From an uncultured Actinomycetes bacterium (GTDB lineage: Bacteria > Actinomycetota > Thermoleophilia > UBA2241), in NCBI GenBank assembly GCA_963725665.1, contig CAVRZA010000002.1, positions 480,001-544,000 of the forward strand: a DNA stretch of 64,000 bases. Direction: 5' to 3'. Both the position numbers and the translations under genes were made by a program. Shown piece by piece: positions 63,097-64,000 of this stretch; the first letter of the stretch is position 1; every line of letters starts with the position of its first letter. Below the pieces are notes generated by a model. The model was not told the origin of the DNA, made no database searches, and saw only the letters and a list, made by a program, of their open reading frames with translations.

Positions 63097-64000
63097 CTAG
63101 CTCGTCGGCAAGGCGCGACTCCGTCCGCCGGGTCCCGCCCCCACGGTCCTGCCCAGTGAGGCGAGCAGCTCGACGATGCCGGCGTTGATGGCGTCGGCCG
63201 TTTCGTGCACGGCGGCCTTCTCGGGGTAGATCTCGTACTTGGCGCGGTACTCGAGGGGCGTCAGGTTGGGCATGACGACGTTGGCCCCGCGCTGCAGGCC
63301 GTGCGCCCGCCCGCCGTCCCTGTTGATGAGCGACAGCGCCGTGGTCGCCGGCAGGTTGGCGTCGGGGCGCACGAGCCGCGTGAGGGCGACGACCTTGCAG
63401 GTCATGAGCTCGCTGTTGGGCGCCTGGTCGGCCGCCCAGTCGCTGCGCCCGCGGCGTTCCTCGAACTCGCGCCCGAGGGGTGTCGCCGGATGCGGCAGGT
63501 AGGGACCGATGCCGATCATGTCCATGTCCATGTCGCGGAAGAGGTCGATGTCGTCGGCCACCGACTCGTGTGTCTGTCCGGGGATGCCGACCATGATGCC
63601 GGTCCCCGCTTCGTAGCCCAGCCTCTGCAGGGTGGCGATGATCGCCAGGCGGTCCGAGACACGCCCCGGCAGGTCGGGGTGGATGCGGCGGTAGAGCCGC
63701 TCATCGGAGGTCTCGAAGCGCAGCAGGTAGCGGTCGGCGCCGGCGGCGCGCCACGCGGCGAGATCGGCGTCGGGGCGCTCGCCGAGACTGAGCGTCACGG
63801 CGAGCGCCGTCTCGGCCTTGATCTGTCTGATCACGTCCGCGAGCCACTCGGGCTCGATGCCGTAGTCCTCGCCCGACTGCATGACGAGGGTGCCGTAGCC
63901 GTAGGCGCGCGCCTGCCGGGCACAAGCGACCACGGACTCTGCCGGCATGCGGTAGCGCTCGAGGGCGCGGTTGGGGCCGCGGATACCGCAGTAGGTGCAG
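63097..64000 (-). CDS. hydE: [FeFe]-hydrogenase maturase HydE (radical SAM), 5'-truncated by the window edge
   Basis: CTYCGIR..N....RYRM, VMQSGED, TLSLGE, DRYLLRFET and GANVVMPNLTP...YEIYP. Confidence 0.85.
   Translation of the reverse strand, partial: CTYCGIRGPNRALERYRMPAESVVACARQARAYGYGTLVMQSGEDYGIEPEWLADVIRQIKAETALAVTLSLGERPDADLAAWRAAGADRYLLRFETSDERLYRRIHPDLPGRVSDRLAIIATLQRLGYEAGTGIMVGIPGQTHESVADDIDLFRDMDMDMIGIGPYLPHPATPLGREFEERRGRSDWAADQAPNSELMTCKVVALTRLVRPDANLPATTALSLINRDGGRAHGLQRGANVVMPNLTPLEYRAKYEIYPEKAAVHETADAINAGIVELLASLGRTVGAGPGGRSRALPTS

Noticed and set aside
63097-64000. Radical SAM gene as pylB (pyrrolysine biosynthesis)
   Set aside because: The motifs QSGED, RYLLRFET and GANVVMPNLTP...YEIYP match HydE rather than PylB, and no pylC/D/S follows it

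Overview
High-GC bacterial window, probably from an anaerobic Actinomycetota (e.g. Thermoleophilia-like; this is inference from GC content, leaderless genes and gene content). The main signal is four paralogous dimethylamine-methyltransferase (MtbB-family) genes. Each is interrupted by an in-frame TAG at the same homologous position (DG[YL]-TAG-VGxGD), which is the known pyrrolysine site, even though TAG is also a very common ordinary stop codon here. They lie among a non-pyrrolysine MttB-superfamily gene, a PotD-like binding protein, an hdrCB pair, alanine dehydrogenase and adenosine deaminase. The window also holds an hdrCBA-mvhDGA-protease-ORFX-hypFCDE hydrogenase/heterodisulfide reductase operon with an upstream two-component system, a partial hydE, six tRNAs, a decayed integrase at tRNA-Thr, an integrase-less 1.5 kb islet in tRNA-Met, and two candidate C-rich small RNAs. 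Many single-base frameshifts suggest an unpolished long-read assembly. No pylTSBCD gene or cognate corrinoid protein was seen in the window.
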